This document shows, one piece after another, positions 12,101 to 25,800 of a stretch of DNA of 64,000 nucleotides; the stretch's first letter is position 1; every line of letters starts with the position of its first letter. A model generated the notes under the pieces. The model made no database searches and was not told where the DNA came from. It saw nothing but the letters and a program-made list of their open reading frames with translations. A program made the translations under genes and the position numbers. Origin of the DNA: Macrostomum lignano (lineage: Eukaryota); contig NIVC01002721.1 in the NCBI GenBank assembly GCA_002269645.1, positions 1-64,000 of the forward strand, written 5' to 3'.

Positions 12101-15100
12101 CGACGCGCTTTATGATCCCGTCGAGTTGCTGTCGCCGTAGCGGCAGATTTCTTACGCCGTATTGTGGCAAAAAAGTTTGTTGTCCGTCTGATTGTGAGAT
12201 TGAAGCTCTCAGATTCTGTGTGACATTGATCATTTCACGGCGGTAGTTTGGAATGGAATCACAGAATGTAGTAATTGATTATAACATATTGTGCGGCAAA
12301 ACTGCTAGATTAGTTAATTGTTTATATAGATAAAAGCATGTGCAATTTAAGCTACTGATCAATATTAGTAGTATTTTCAATTTATTCATTTATTTCACTC
12401 ACAATCTTCCAGTAAAGTCGAACTGAGAAAAATAAGCTATTTTCGGCGCCCCATAGAGTAGTTTGGCGCTGTACAGTCTATTATAATGCCAATATGACTA
12501 ATCTGGTGCCCTATAAATTGTTTTGGCGCCAATATGACTAATCAGGCGCCCTATAAACTATATATTGGCGTCAATATGACTAATCTGGCGCCCTATAGAC
12601 TATATTGGCGCCAATATGACTAATCTGGCGCCCCTATAGACTACTTTTGGCGCCAATATGACTAATCTGGCGCCCTGTAGACTATATTAGCGCCAATATG
12701 ACTAATCTGGCGCCCTATAGACTATATTTGCGCCAATATGACTAATCTGGCGCCGATATGACTAATCTGGCGCCCTATAGACTATTTAGGCGCCAAAATG
12801 ATTATTGACTAATATGGCGCCCTATAGTCTATTATAACGCCAATATGACTAATCTGGCGCCCCTATAGACTATCTTGGCGCCAATATGACTAATCTGGCG
12901 CCCTATATACTATTTAGGCGCCAATATGATTAGACGAATATGGCCCCAATAGTCTATTATAGCGCCGATATGACTAATCTGGAGCCCTGTAGACTGTTTT
13001 TGGCGCCAATTCAGACTATTTTAGCGCCACTAAGACATTTTTAACGCTAGTAAATCCATTTCAGTAGTTTTTTAAAAGAAAACATTTCCTTCTATAGTAG
13101 TTAAGGATACTTCATTAGATTAGCAGGAAGATATAAAAAGCAGAGAAACCAACAGAACCGATACGATTGCAAGCATGTAGGCAGTAAAAAGCGACGCGCA
13201 GTAGTGGCCCACTTAGCCAAACCCGAACACGCAACAGTTCGAGCTTAGGAACAAATGGACACTAAAAGCTTTGAAAAACTGATAACTTCACCTCTCGTCA
13301 ATCCAGAGCCTTTAGCAGTGAATAGCAGCACAGAACGAAGGCTTTTAGACAAGCCGGAATGCCTAGACGAAGCTACTACTGTTGTCAGTAGTGACGATTG
13401 TTGTTTCTGTTGCTGCGTCATAGCCGACAACTGACTGCAGCGAGGCAGGGTACTACTACTACTATTACTAATAACAGTACTATAAGTAGTAGTTGTATTG
13501 AAGTGAACCGAGGCTCTGGGGCTAGCACTTGCAATAGCAGCATCGCTCGGCGCTAAAAGTACACAATTATGTTCATATTAGTAGAACGCATGCATATATT
13601 AATATAGGTATAGATGCATATTAACCAAATTTTAATGGTTACAACAGCTCTGTCCCGACACCTTTAAGCCCACGAAATAATTAAAGTTTGACAACATAAA
13701 AAAACAACACAAATAATCAATAGCGAGATGTGTAACAATGCATTTTAGTAGCAAGAAAGGAAATTTACGCAATTAGGCAGTTCAAACAAGTGAAATGGTA
13801 TAGTTTTTTTTACAACAAAAGACCAATTAGAGGACTAATATACTGGACCAATTAGAAGACTAATAAACTGGACCAATTAGAGGACTAATAAAGGACCAAT
13901 TAGAGGACTAATAAAGGACCAATTAGAGGACTAATAAAGGACCAATTAGAGGATTAATAAAGGACAAATTAGAGGACTAATAAAGGACCAATTAGAGGAC
14001 TAATAAAGGACCAATTAGAGGACTAATAAAAGACCAATTAGAGGACTAATAAAGGACCAATTAGAGGACTAATAAAGGACCAATTAGAGGATTAATAAAG
14101 GACCAATTAGAGGACTAATAAAGGACCAATTAGAGGACTAATAAAGGATCAATTAGAGGACTAATAAAGGACCAATTAGAGGACTAATAAAGGACCAATT
14201 AGAGGACTAATAAAGGACCAATTAGAGGACTAATAAAGGACCAATTAGAGGACTAATAAAGGACCAATTAGAGGACTAATAAAAGACCAATTAGAGGACT
14301 AATGAAGGACCAATTAGAGGACTAATGAAGGACCAATTAGAGGACTGATAAAGGATCAATTATGGGACCAATTAGGGACCAGTTAAAGAACTAACAGAGG
14401 ATCAATTATGGGAACAATAAGGGACCAATTAGAGGACTAATAAAAGATCAATTAGAGGACTAAAACTGGACCAATTAGACGACGAATAAATGATCAATTA
14501 TGGGACCAGTTAGGGACCAGTTAAAGAACTAACACAAGACAAATTATGGGACCAATAAGGGACCAATTAGAGAACTAACAAAGGACCAGTTATGGGACCA
14601 ATAAAGGAGCGACCAGAAAAACCAAGCTGATAAAACAGCAGTTTAAAATGCAGACAATGAAATTATGACTCACTCTTCAGCTTAGCAGCCCCACTCCGTA
14701 CGGAGCTAAACAGTCGATCCAGTTGATTATTGCCTCCGCCTCCGACGCCGACGCCGTGACCTCGACGTCTCGACGAAAAGTCGCTAATCCCGTCGCCTCT
14801 GTCTTGACGACTGTCGACAATATCGGACAGGCCTGAGGAGTCCTCTTCTAGCATCGGCGACAGCGGCTGCTTGTCAACACCAGCAGAGGACGGCCCAGCT
14901 GCTGCCTCGTCGCCGACTTCAACTCCTGGAGCTTCTTCTACATCGTGATATTCATCGTTCGAGTCCGAGTTCGACATCGGAGGCTCGTCCGACACGCTGG
15001 AGTCACCGTCATCCCCATTGTCGCCGACTGGCGCAACCGCAGCCACCAAGATTTCTTTTGAATCGTCCGCCAATTCGTCGCCTTCGGACAGGGCGTCGGC

Positions 15101-15234
15101 GGAGCTTTGGATGGCGTCATCGGCGGCGGCGTCGTGGTTGGACCCGGTGGCGATGCAGCCGGCTAGGGAGCTGGCGTGGGCGCAGGCTGACAGAGCCTGG
15201 AATAGGCGCTCCTGCGGCGTTAGGGGCGGTGAGG

Positions 15235-15266
<32 letters not shown>

Positions 15267-15277
15267 TAGTGACTTAG

Positions 15278-15362
<85 letters not shown>

Positions 15363-15385
15363 TAGTGACTTAGTGTCTGTCTGCC

Positions 15386-15418
<33 letters not shown>

Positions 15419-15429
15419 TAGTGACTTAG

Positions 15430-15473
<44 letters not shown>

Positions 15474-15633
15474 GGTCTGTCTGTCTGTCTTAGTGACTTA
15501 GTGTCTGTCTGTCTGTCTGTCTGTCCGTCTTAGTGACTTAGTGTGTGTCTGTCTGTCTGTCTGTCTTAGTGATTTAGTGTCTGTCTGTCTGTCTGTATGT
15601 CTGTCTGTCTGTCTGTCTGTCTTAGTGACTTAG

Positions 15634-15686
<53 letters not shown>

Positions 15687-15697
15687 TAGTGACTTAG

Positions 15698-15770
<73 letters not shown>

Positions 15771-16009
15771 TAGTGACTTAGTGTCTGTCTGTCTGTCCGT
15801 CTTAGTGACTTGGTGTGTGTCTGTCTGTCTGTCAGTCTTAGTGATTTAGTGTCTGTCTGTCTGTCTGTATGTCTGTCTGTCTGTCTGTCCGTCTTAGTGA
15901 CTTACTGTCTGTCTGTCTGTCAGTCTGTCTGTATGTCTGTCTGTCTGTCTGTCCGTCTTAGTGACTTACTGTCTGTCTGTCTGTCTGTCCGTCTTAGTGA
16001 CTTACTGCC

Positions 16010-16058
<49 letters not shown>

Positions 16059-16109
16059 TAGTGACTTAGTGTCTGTCTGTCTGTCTGTCTGTCCGTCTTA
16101 GTGACTTAG

Positions 16110-16170
<61 letters not shown>

Positions 16171-16201
16171 TAGTGAATTAGTGTCTGTCTGTCTGCCTTA
16201 G

Positions 16202-16234
<33 letters not shown>

Positions 16235-19200
16235 GCCTGTCTGTCTGTCTGTCTGTCTGTCTGCCTGTCTGTGTTCGTGTCTGTCTTAATGCCTACCAGT
16301 GTCAGTGTCTTCAAACAGCCAACAAGGCCTCACCTGCTCCTCAGAGAATCGACCAACTTCAGCTCCATCAGCAGCTGCCGTACTGCCGCCCCCGCCGCTG
16401 CCAAGTCCACCAGCCCAGGCCAGACTTTTGCCTTGAAACGAGCCGGATCGGAACAGCAGCGCGCCGTTGCTATGGCAACGCCAGACAACAACGGGAAAGC
16501 GGCACTGTCTATGAGCTTTAGTTAACCGGCGCAGCGATTCGTCTGTGACAGCCCTGGGCACAATGAGCACGGCAGGATAGGAGGAGACCAGATCGTGCTC
16601 AAAATTGGCGCAACAAATTCTTAGACAGATGGCATCTGTCAGCTGCTTGCCAAGGAGGCCCAGCCGGTGCAGGTCTTCGTAGCCGGGCGTTTCCAGGGTG
16701 TCGCGAAGGAGCTCCGAGGTTGGTCGGGAGGGCTGGTGGTGCCGGCTGGTAGCGCCGCTGTAGCCGGAGAACCGGGCTGCGATGGCTGCGTTGGGGATGG
16801 GAGTTTTCTAAAGATAATTTCGTGGGAATTTCAGAGCGATATTTAAAAGGAACTCAGAGCGAAATTTGAGGGGAATTCAGAGCGGTTTTTTGAGGAGAAT
16901 TCAGATCGAAATTTAAGGGGAACTCAGAGCGAAATTTGAGGGGAATTCAGAGCGGTTTTTGAGGAGAATTCAGATCGAAATTTAAGGGAATTCAGAGCGA
17001 AATTTGAGGGGAATTCAGAGCGAAATGTAAGGGGAATTCAGAGCAAAATATGAGGAGAATTCAGAGCGAAATTTGAGGGGAATTCAGAGCGAAATTTGAG
17101 GAGAATTCAGAGCGATTTTTGAGGAGAATTCAGAGCAAAATTTAAGGGGAATTCAGAGCGATACTTAAGAGAATCCAGAGCGATTTTTGAGGGGAATTCA
17201 GAGCGATTTTTAGGAGAATTCAGAGCAAAATTTAAGGGGAATTTAGGGCGATATTTAAGAGGAATTCAGGACGATATTTGAGGGGAATTCAAGGCGATAT
17301 TTAAGGGGAATTCAGAGCGATATTTAGGAGGAATTCAGGGCGATATTTGAGGGGAATTCAGGGCGATATTTAGGGGAATTCAGAGCAAGACTTAAGAAAC
17401 ATTCAGATCGATATTTAAGGGGAATAAAAGGGCGATATTCGAGGGAAATTAAGTGTGAAATTCCGGGAGAATCTAGGTAAATATTATATGGGAACTCAGG
17501 CAACTCTTTAAAAAGCTATGATTCCTTCTTAATTAAAGAGGGTTAATTACCCTAACCCTCCAATAGTAACTTTTTAAGAATTTTCGAAGCAAATAAAACA
17601 TTTTTAAAGCGATTCTTAGAAATCAATTTCAACGTGACTAAAATGGTTTACAACAACTGACTAACCACCCTAACCCTAGATTTAATCGTTGGCAGGTCAC
17701 TGTGGTGCTCCTAAGCGATTACAAAAGGTTATAAAGAAGTGCTAAGTAATTACCTTCATCACTATCGTGCATTGAGCTTCTCTCCGACCCGGGAATGGCG
17801 GCGGAACCCGGTGCCGCCGGCGATGGCGGAGGTCGCAGACTGCTTCGCCACTGATGCTCCTGCTGATGCTGCCGGTGCGAGCTGACCCCAGCGGCGCCAG
17901 GCCGAAGAGTCATCAATTTATTAGCGGCAGCGTGTGCCGCGCTAGTAGTCTGTTTGGCAAGTCTTCGCCTAAAATTATGTTTGTTTGACACATTGATTTA
18001 CACCGGAAGTAAAAACTCAATTGTTGATCAGAAGTCATAACTTTGATCTTGACAGCCGAGATACGCTTGACCGGAAGTAATATTGAATGCTAAAAATGCA
18101 CATAAGAGCCAAATGATGACAACAAATTACCGGAAGTGAGAGATTACATGCAGAATCAGTCAGCATTAACTAATTACCGGAAGTGAGGGATTACATGTAG
18201 AATCAGCATGAACTATGAATAATTACCGGATGTGAAGGATTACATGTAGAATCAGCATGAACTATGAATAATTACCGGATGTGAAGGATTACATGTAGAA
18301 TCAGCATGAACTATGAATAATTACCGGAAGTGAGGGATTAAAGGTAGAATCAGCATGAACTTTGAATAATTACCGGAAATGAGGGATTAAATATAGAGCC
18401 AGCAAGCACTAACACACAAAAGGAGACCGGAAACAAGGATGATTTCATGTAAAACTCACGTGAGAGTATAGGGCTTCGAGTGCAACTTTTTAGGTTTCTT
18501 GATTTTCACGCCGCCGCTACTTCCGGCTCCAGTTCCGGCGGCGGACGCTTCCATGGCAGTTGTCGGCAAAGCCGTCGCCGCCGCCGCCGACGCTGTGATC
18601 GGCAGCGGAGTGTCGGCAAATTCGTCGTCCAGATCGCCGACAAGTCGACCGCCGTCAGCTGAAAGAGCGAAGATTTCGCGAACGCTGCCAGGGTGCCGGG
18701 CCGATCGGATTCGTTCCAGCAGCTCCTGGGTTACGGGATTTCACGGCTTAAGGGTTAATTGTACTGACAGCGGACACTATACTGACAGCTGACACTATAC
18801 TGACAGCTGACACTATACTGACAGCTGACACTAAACTGACAGTTCTGACACTAAACTGACAGTTCTGACACTATATTGACAGCCGACACTAAACTGACAG
18901 CTGACACTAAACTGACAGTGCTGACACTTTACTGACAGTTCTGACACTAAACTGACAGCTGACACTAAACTGACAGTTCTGACACTAAACTGACAGTTCT
19001 GACACTTAACTGACAGCTGACACTATACTAACAGCTGACACTATACTGATAGCTGACACTATACTGACAGCTGACACTATACTGACAGCTGACACTATAC
19101 TGACAGCTGACACTAAACTGACAGTTCTGACACTAAACTGACAGTTCTGACACTATATTGACAGCCGACACTAAACTGACAGCTGACACTATACTGACAG

Positions 19201-22200
19201 CTGACACTATACTGACAGCTGACAATAAACTGACAGTTCTGACACTTAACTGACAGCTGACACTATACTAACAGCTGACACTATACTGATAGCTGACACT
19301 ATACTGACAGCTGACACTATACTGACAGCTGACACTAAACTGACAGTTCTGACACTAAACTGACAGTTCTGACACTTAACTGACAGCTGACACTATACTA
19401 ACAGCTGACACTATACTGATAGCTGACACTATACTGACAGCTGACACTATACTGACAGCTGACACTATACTGACAGCTGACACTAAACTGACAGTTCTGA
19501 CACTAAACTGACAGTTCTGACACTATATTGACAGCCGACACTAAACTGACAGCTGACACTAAACTGACAGTGCTGACACTTTACTGACAGTTCTGACACT
19601 AAACTGACAGCTGACACTAAACTGACAGTTCTGACACTAAACTGACAGTTCTGACACCTAACTGACAGCTGACACTATACTAACAGCTGACACTATACTG
19701 ATAGCTGACACTATACTGACAGCTGACACTATACTGACAGCTGACACTATACTGACAGCTGACACTATACTGACAGCTGACACTAAACTGACAGTTCTGA
19801 CACTAAATTGACAGTTCTGACACTATACTGACAGCCGACACTAAATTGACAGCTGACACTGAACTGACAGTTCTGACACTAAACTGACAGTGCTGACACT
19901 TTACTGACAGTTCTGACACTAAACTGACAGTTCTGACACTAAACTGACAGCTGACACTAAACTGACAGTGCTGACACTAAACTGACAGCTGACACTATAC
20001 TAACAGCTGACACTATACTGACAGCTGACACTATACTGACAGCTGACACTATACTGACAGCTGACACTACTGCCAGTTCTGACACTACTGCCAGTTCTGA
20101 CACTATACTGACAGCTGACACTATACTGGTAGTTCTGACACTACTGCCAGTTCTGACACTACTGCCAGTTCTGACACTATACTGACAGTTCTGACACTAC
20201 TGCCAGTTCTGACACTATACTGACAGTCGCTAGTCAGTTAAATAACAGTAAGCACGCATCACAAAAGGTCATCAGTAGACTACTACTCACCGATATCTCA
20301 TCCTCGCCAGCGTCGAAACCAATTTTCATAGCTTCAAAAGTGCCAGATTTAAACAGCACCTGCTGCCTTACCGAGTGACGATTTTGTACGGACGCCAGTA
20401 GGGCTGGATCGCGCTCGGATTTGCTCAACTCTTTGGCTTCGTGCAACGCAGCAATAGGGAAACAGCGAACTATTGTCTTCTCAGACTGGAGCACGTTAGA
20501 TGGCACGCCTTTGAATATTAGCCTGAAATTGAGAATTTTTAATGTCACACACTTTTCTATATTTCTATTATAGTATAATTACTATAAAGGCTTGGGGAGA
20601 ATTGCTGAGATGTCAACGCTTACGGGGGAATTGCTGAGACGTCAAGGCTTACGGGGGAATTGCTAAGATGTCAATGCAAATAGGATTCACATCCTATTTG
20701 CCTTCACTCGTAAGTTTCGTCCCTTGTTTATTGACCACCCCGAAGGGGGGACTAGATGGCTAGTCCTATATACTAAAATTTCTGCTATAAATAGAATAGT
20801 TAGAAGAGGTTTATTAGAACTAATTTCTACTATAAGTAGAGCCGTTAGAATAGGTTTATTATAATCAATCTTATGCGCGAACCGATAATTCGTAGCCAAG
20901 AAGAGTCCCTCGGCTGGTAGCCAGCCAATGTCGGGCGTGAATTCCGCGGCCGTTGCCGGTGCACCAGCGACAACCACTGCGGCGGATACAGCTGTGGCCG
21001 CAGTCAGAGTCTGATGGTGAAGGTAATCGGCAGTTTCGCAGGATTCCAATTCAAGTCGGACGGGATCCCGCCTACCATCGGGATAGAGATAGGCTCGCAG
21101 CTGCGGCATGAGCAGCCGCTCCCCTGGCAGCAGGGCCGGTCGGGTAATCCTGGCCTTCTGCGACTTCGGAATCTTGCAGTACTCTGCCCAGATGTTATCT
21201 AACGATTCCATGTGAACGCTGTGCAGAAACTCGTGCAAGGTTCGCTTGAGACTGTTAATCTGAGATTGGGACAGCCCGTTCTCTGAGCACACTCGATCTA
21301 AGAACCTATCGCGTATCCAAGCCTCCAGTTCGCGAGCAAATTGTTCGCTCAGTTTAGCAGCAGCCGCGTTTGCCTCGCGTTCTGCCTGAGATTGAGAGGC
21401 CTGATGATGCTGCTGGTGCTGGGACTCCTGAGACTCCGTCTGCGACGAACCGCCGCCGGGTCCGCCACCGCTGAAATGATAAAAAAGGAAACTATGCACT
21501 TTTATAGGGACGCTTGATGGACTTGATACAAGATGTACGCTGAGGTCTGTAAGCTTGGGGGGATAAGGTGTCAAGAGCGAGAGTGTAACTTGTGGGGCCG
21601 AAAGTTGCAAGAGTGTACATTCAGGGAGAGAGGGCTTGGTCTGAAGTGCACATTCAGGGAGAGAGATGCTTGGTCTGAAGTGCACATTGGGGGAGAGAGA
21701 TGCTTGGTCTGGAGTGTACACTGAGGGGCAGAGATTCTTGGTCAAAAGTGTACATTGAGGGGCAGAGAAGCTTGGCCTGGGAGTGTACATTGAAAGATAG
21801 AGCAGCTTGGCCTGGAGTGTACATTAAGGAATAAAGCAGCTTGGCCTGGAGTGTACATTGAGGGATAGAAATTATTAGTCCCTCACCCCTGATTGGTGGA
21901 GGACAACTCGCTAACGCCGACATCGCGTCGATTGCCTCCGCCGCCGGCCCATCGCCGTTTAGCCGGCTCAAGCGGCATTCGCAAAGCGGCCAGAATAACA
22001 ATAAAATGCTTGGCCGCACTCTCCACTGTTTCCTCTTCAATTTTTTTCAGTTCTTCTAATTCGGCGGTGGACAGTTGCTCGCTGTGCTGCATCACTTTGG
22101 CTACGATATCGAGAGCCGTAGCGCTTGGATCCACGGGTTCGTCCGGTTTCCATTCGGCCAGCCGGCCAACGTAATAGTCGCACAGTTGAGTCTGAACAAA

Positions 22201-22566
22201 CCGCGAGAACGCCCAGTGCCAGAAGGCCTCCGATGACCAGGCTGTGCAGGCTTGGACTTCTTCCGTCATTGAGGCCTGGGTAATTGTAGTGAGTTGAGGT
22301 TCATCTAAAATAATTCCACTCGTGGACTGAACTTCCTGTAGCATCTGGATATAGCTAGCATCCTGGATATTGAATTAACTCCTCTGATAATCTACAGACC
22401 TGTCAGTCATCCGCCTCTTTTTTATAAATTTTCGGAACTGCCAAAAATTTATCTAACTTGTCAGGCATCTTTCGATTAAAACTAACAGACACACAGATAC
22501 TCAAATACTAAGATAGACAGACAGACAGACAGACAAAAAGACAGACATACAGACAGACAGACAATA

Positions 22567-22603
<37 letters not shown>

Positions 22604-22634
22604 TACAGACAGACAGACAGACAGACCGACAGGC

Positions 22635-22667
<33 letters not shown>

Positions 22668-22669
22668 GG

Positions 22670-22709
<40 letters not shown>

Positions 22710-22710
22710 A

Positions 22711-22752
<42 letters not shown>

Positions 22753-22764
22753 GGACAGACAGAC

Positions 22765-22831
<67 letters not shown>

Positions 22832-25800
22832 CTAAGACAGACAGACAGACAGAAACAGACAGACAGACAGACACTAAGACAGACAGACAGACACAGACAG
22901 ACAGCCCAACAAAGCAGGGCAGTACCTGCAGCTCCAAGGAGGCGGTGCTATTCTGACAGGGCAGCTGGCAGCGCAGCCGCTCCAGCAGCGGCAGGCACCG
23001 CAGGGCGCACAGCCATTCCTCGTGTTGAGCATCAAATCTCAGAGCTTGCACCAACAATTCGCAGGCAATCTCAAATTGTTGCTGATCAAGCGTCGACATG
23101 CCCCTAGCAACCACCATATCGTTGAGCAGATCGACTAATCTCAATCGGCTAGACCGATGAGCCAGATCGCGCTTCACCGCCTTCAGAGATTTTTTAGCGT
23201 CAGCAATCCGCCGTTCGAACACGTTTTTAACGCACAGCTCCAGTATCTGCAATTTCTGACGATGAATATCGGCGGACGAGGAAAACTGCTGTTGAGTCGG
23301 CGGCAGTAGCAGATCTTCAAGCCGTTGTCCTGGCGGCACTTTTTTAAACTCTTGTCGGCGTCTTTGATGATCTTGTTGCTGGCTCGGCTGTTCGAGTGCT
23401 TTTGTGGAGGCTGCGGATGGCTTTGAGGACTTCGCTGGCGAGCTGCGGTAATTTAGTGGATCGATTGCTTGATTTGCAGTCTGGCAGCGATTTTAATATC
23501 CGATCCAACGCCCTAACTTAGTCTAATACATGTCGCTTTTAATCCATCTCGCTATTAATAGATCTCGCTGTTAATCTATCTCGCTCTAACCCATTAGACT
23601 CTAATCCATCTCGCTCTTAATCCATGTTGCTTTAATCCATGTCGCTATTAATCCATGTCGCTCTTAATTCATTCCACTCTAATCCATGTCGCTCTTAATC
23701 TATGTTGCTCTAATCCATGTCGCTCTTAATCTATGTTGCTCTAATCCATGTCGCTCTTAATCCATCTTGCTCTTAATCCATGTCGCTCTAATCCATGTCG
23801 CTCTTAATCCATCTTGCTCTTAATCCATGTCGCTCTAATTCATGTCGCTCTAATCCATCTCTTTCTAATCCATGTCGCTCTTAATTCATTCCACTCTAAT
23901 CCATGTCGCTCTTAATCTATGTTGCTCTAATCCATGTCGCTCTTAATCCATCTTGCTCTTAATCCATGTCGCTCTAATCCATGTCGCTCTTAATCCATCT
24001 TGCTCTTAATCCATGTCGCTCTAATCCATGTCGCTCTTAATCCATCTTGCTCTTAATCCATGTCGCTCTAATTCATGTCGCTCTTAATCCATCTCTTTCT
24101 AATCTATGTCGCTCTTAATTCATGTCGCTCTTAATCCATTCCACTCTAATCCATCTCGCTCTAATCCATTTCACTCTAATCCATGGTGTTCTAATCCATC
24201 GCCCTCCAATCTTTTCCAATTAGATCCCGAATCTCACTAACATTAAACTGTAACTGAATCAACAGAAAAAAAGCAGAGAAAAAAGCTGTTATATAAGCAA
24301 CGAACCCTCTTCTAGCCGCTGGATCAGAGCCAGTTCGACCAGATGCAGCTGCCATCGCGTCGTCAACTTCTCGTTTAGCCTCCTCGGCTTCGATAGCTTC
24401 AGCTACTAGACGCTCGTTCAACAGAGGAAACGGCTCTGGCGGCCCCGCAGCCGGGTCGTCCGGCGGTTGCGGCACATTTACAGAAACTTTTTCGGCCTCG
24501 CTATTATTGTTGACAGCCGTTGTTATTGAAGTTTCGCATTCGCATAATTGCTTAGCCAATTCGTCCAGATGACGCCGACGTAAGCGACGTCCGATAGCAA
24601 CAGTTGCGACGTCAGTGGGGGACACCGATGAATCGGCATTGTTGTCGTTGTCGGCGTCGATGCTGACGCACAGGGCCAGCTGGTGCGGCGGCGGCAGTAG
24701 AAGCTCGGCGGCCTCGGCGGCTTGAAGCTCCGACAGGCGATCGTACAATTCGTCGAATGCGTCGATACGACGATAGGGCGGGCCGCGGGCTTGGCAAAAC
24801 TGGCAGAACATCTCCGACTCGGTGGCCAGGCGTCGCATGAACTTGTCGTCTACTAGGCCGCGACCGCCCAGGAAACTTGCCTGCGTGTAGGGGGCGGATG
24901 TCAGCTGATTACTAAGGGGCGGATGTCAGCTGATTACTAAGGGGCGGATGTCAGCTGATTACTAGGGGGCGGATGTCAGCTGATTACTCGGGGGCGGATG
25001 TCAGCTGATTACTAAGGGGCGGATGTCAGCTGATTACTAAGGGGCGGATGTCAGCTGATTACTAGGGGGCGGATGTCAGCTGATTACTCGGGGGCGGATG
25101 TCAGCTGATTACTAGGGGGCGGATGTCAGCTGATTACTAGGGGGCGGATGTCAGCTGATTACTAGGGGCCGGATGTCAGCTGATTACTAGGGGGCGGATG
25201 TCAGCTGATTACTAGGGGGGGGATGTCAGCTGATTACTAGGGGGATGTCAGCTGATTACTAAGGGGCGGATGTCAGCTGATTACTCGGGGGCGGATGTCA
25301 GCTGATTACTAGGGGGGGCGGATGTCAGCTGATTACTAGGGGGGATGTCAGCTGATTACTAAGGGGCGGATGTCAGCTGATTACTCGGGGGCGGATGTCA
25401 GCTGATTACTAGTGGGCGGATGTCAGCTAGGGGGGGGGCGGATGTCAGCTGATTACTAAGGGGCGGATGTCAGCTGATTACTAGGAGGCGGATGTCAGCT
25501 GATTACTAGGAGGCGGATGTCAGCTAAGGGAGGGGGGCGGTTGTCAGCTGATTACTAGGGGGCGGATGTCAGCTGATTACTAGGGGGGGGGATGTCAGCT
25601 GATTACTAGGAGGCGGATGTCAGCTGATTACTAGGAGGCGGATGTCAGCTGATTACTAGGAGGCGGATGTCAGCTGATTACTAGGGGCGGATGTCAGCTG
25701 ATTACTAGGAGGCGGATGTCAGTTGATTACTAGGAGGCGGATGTCAGCTGATTACTAGGGGGCGGATGTCAGCTGATTACTAGGAGGCGGATGTCAGCTG

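Noticed and set aside
16590-16612. Apparent frameshift in the myotubularin exon
   Set aside because: On recount the A4 run gives an open frame ([13 protein letters not shown]).
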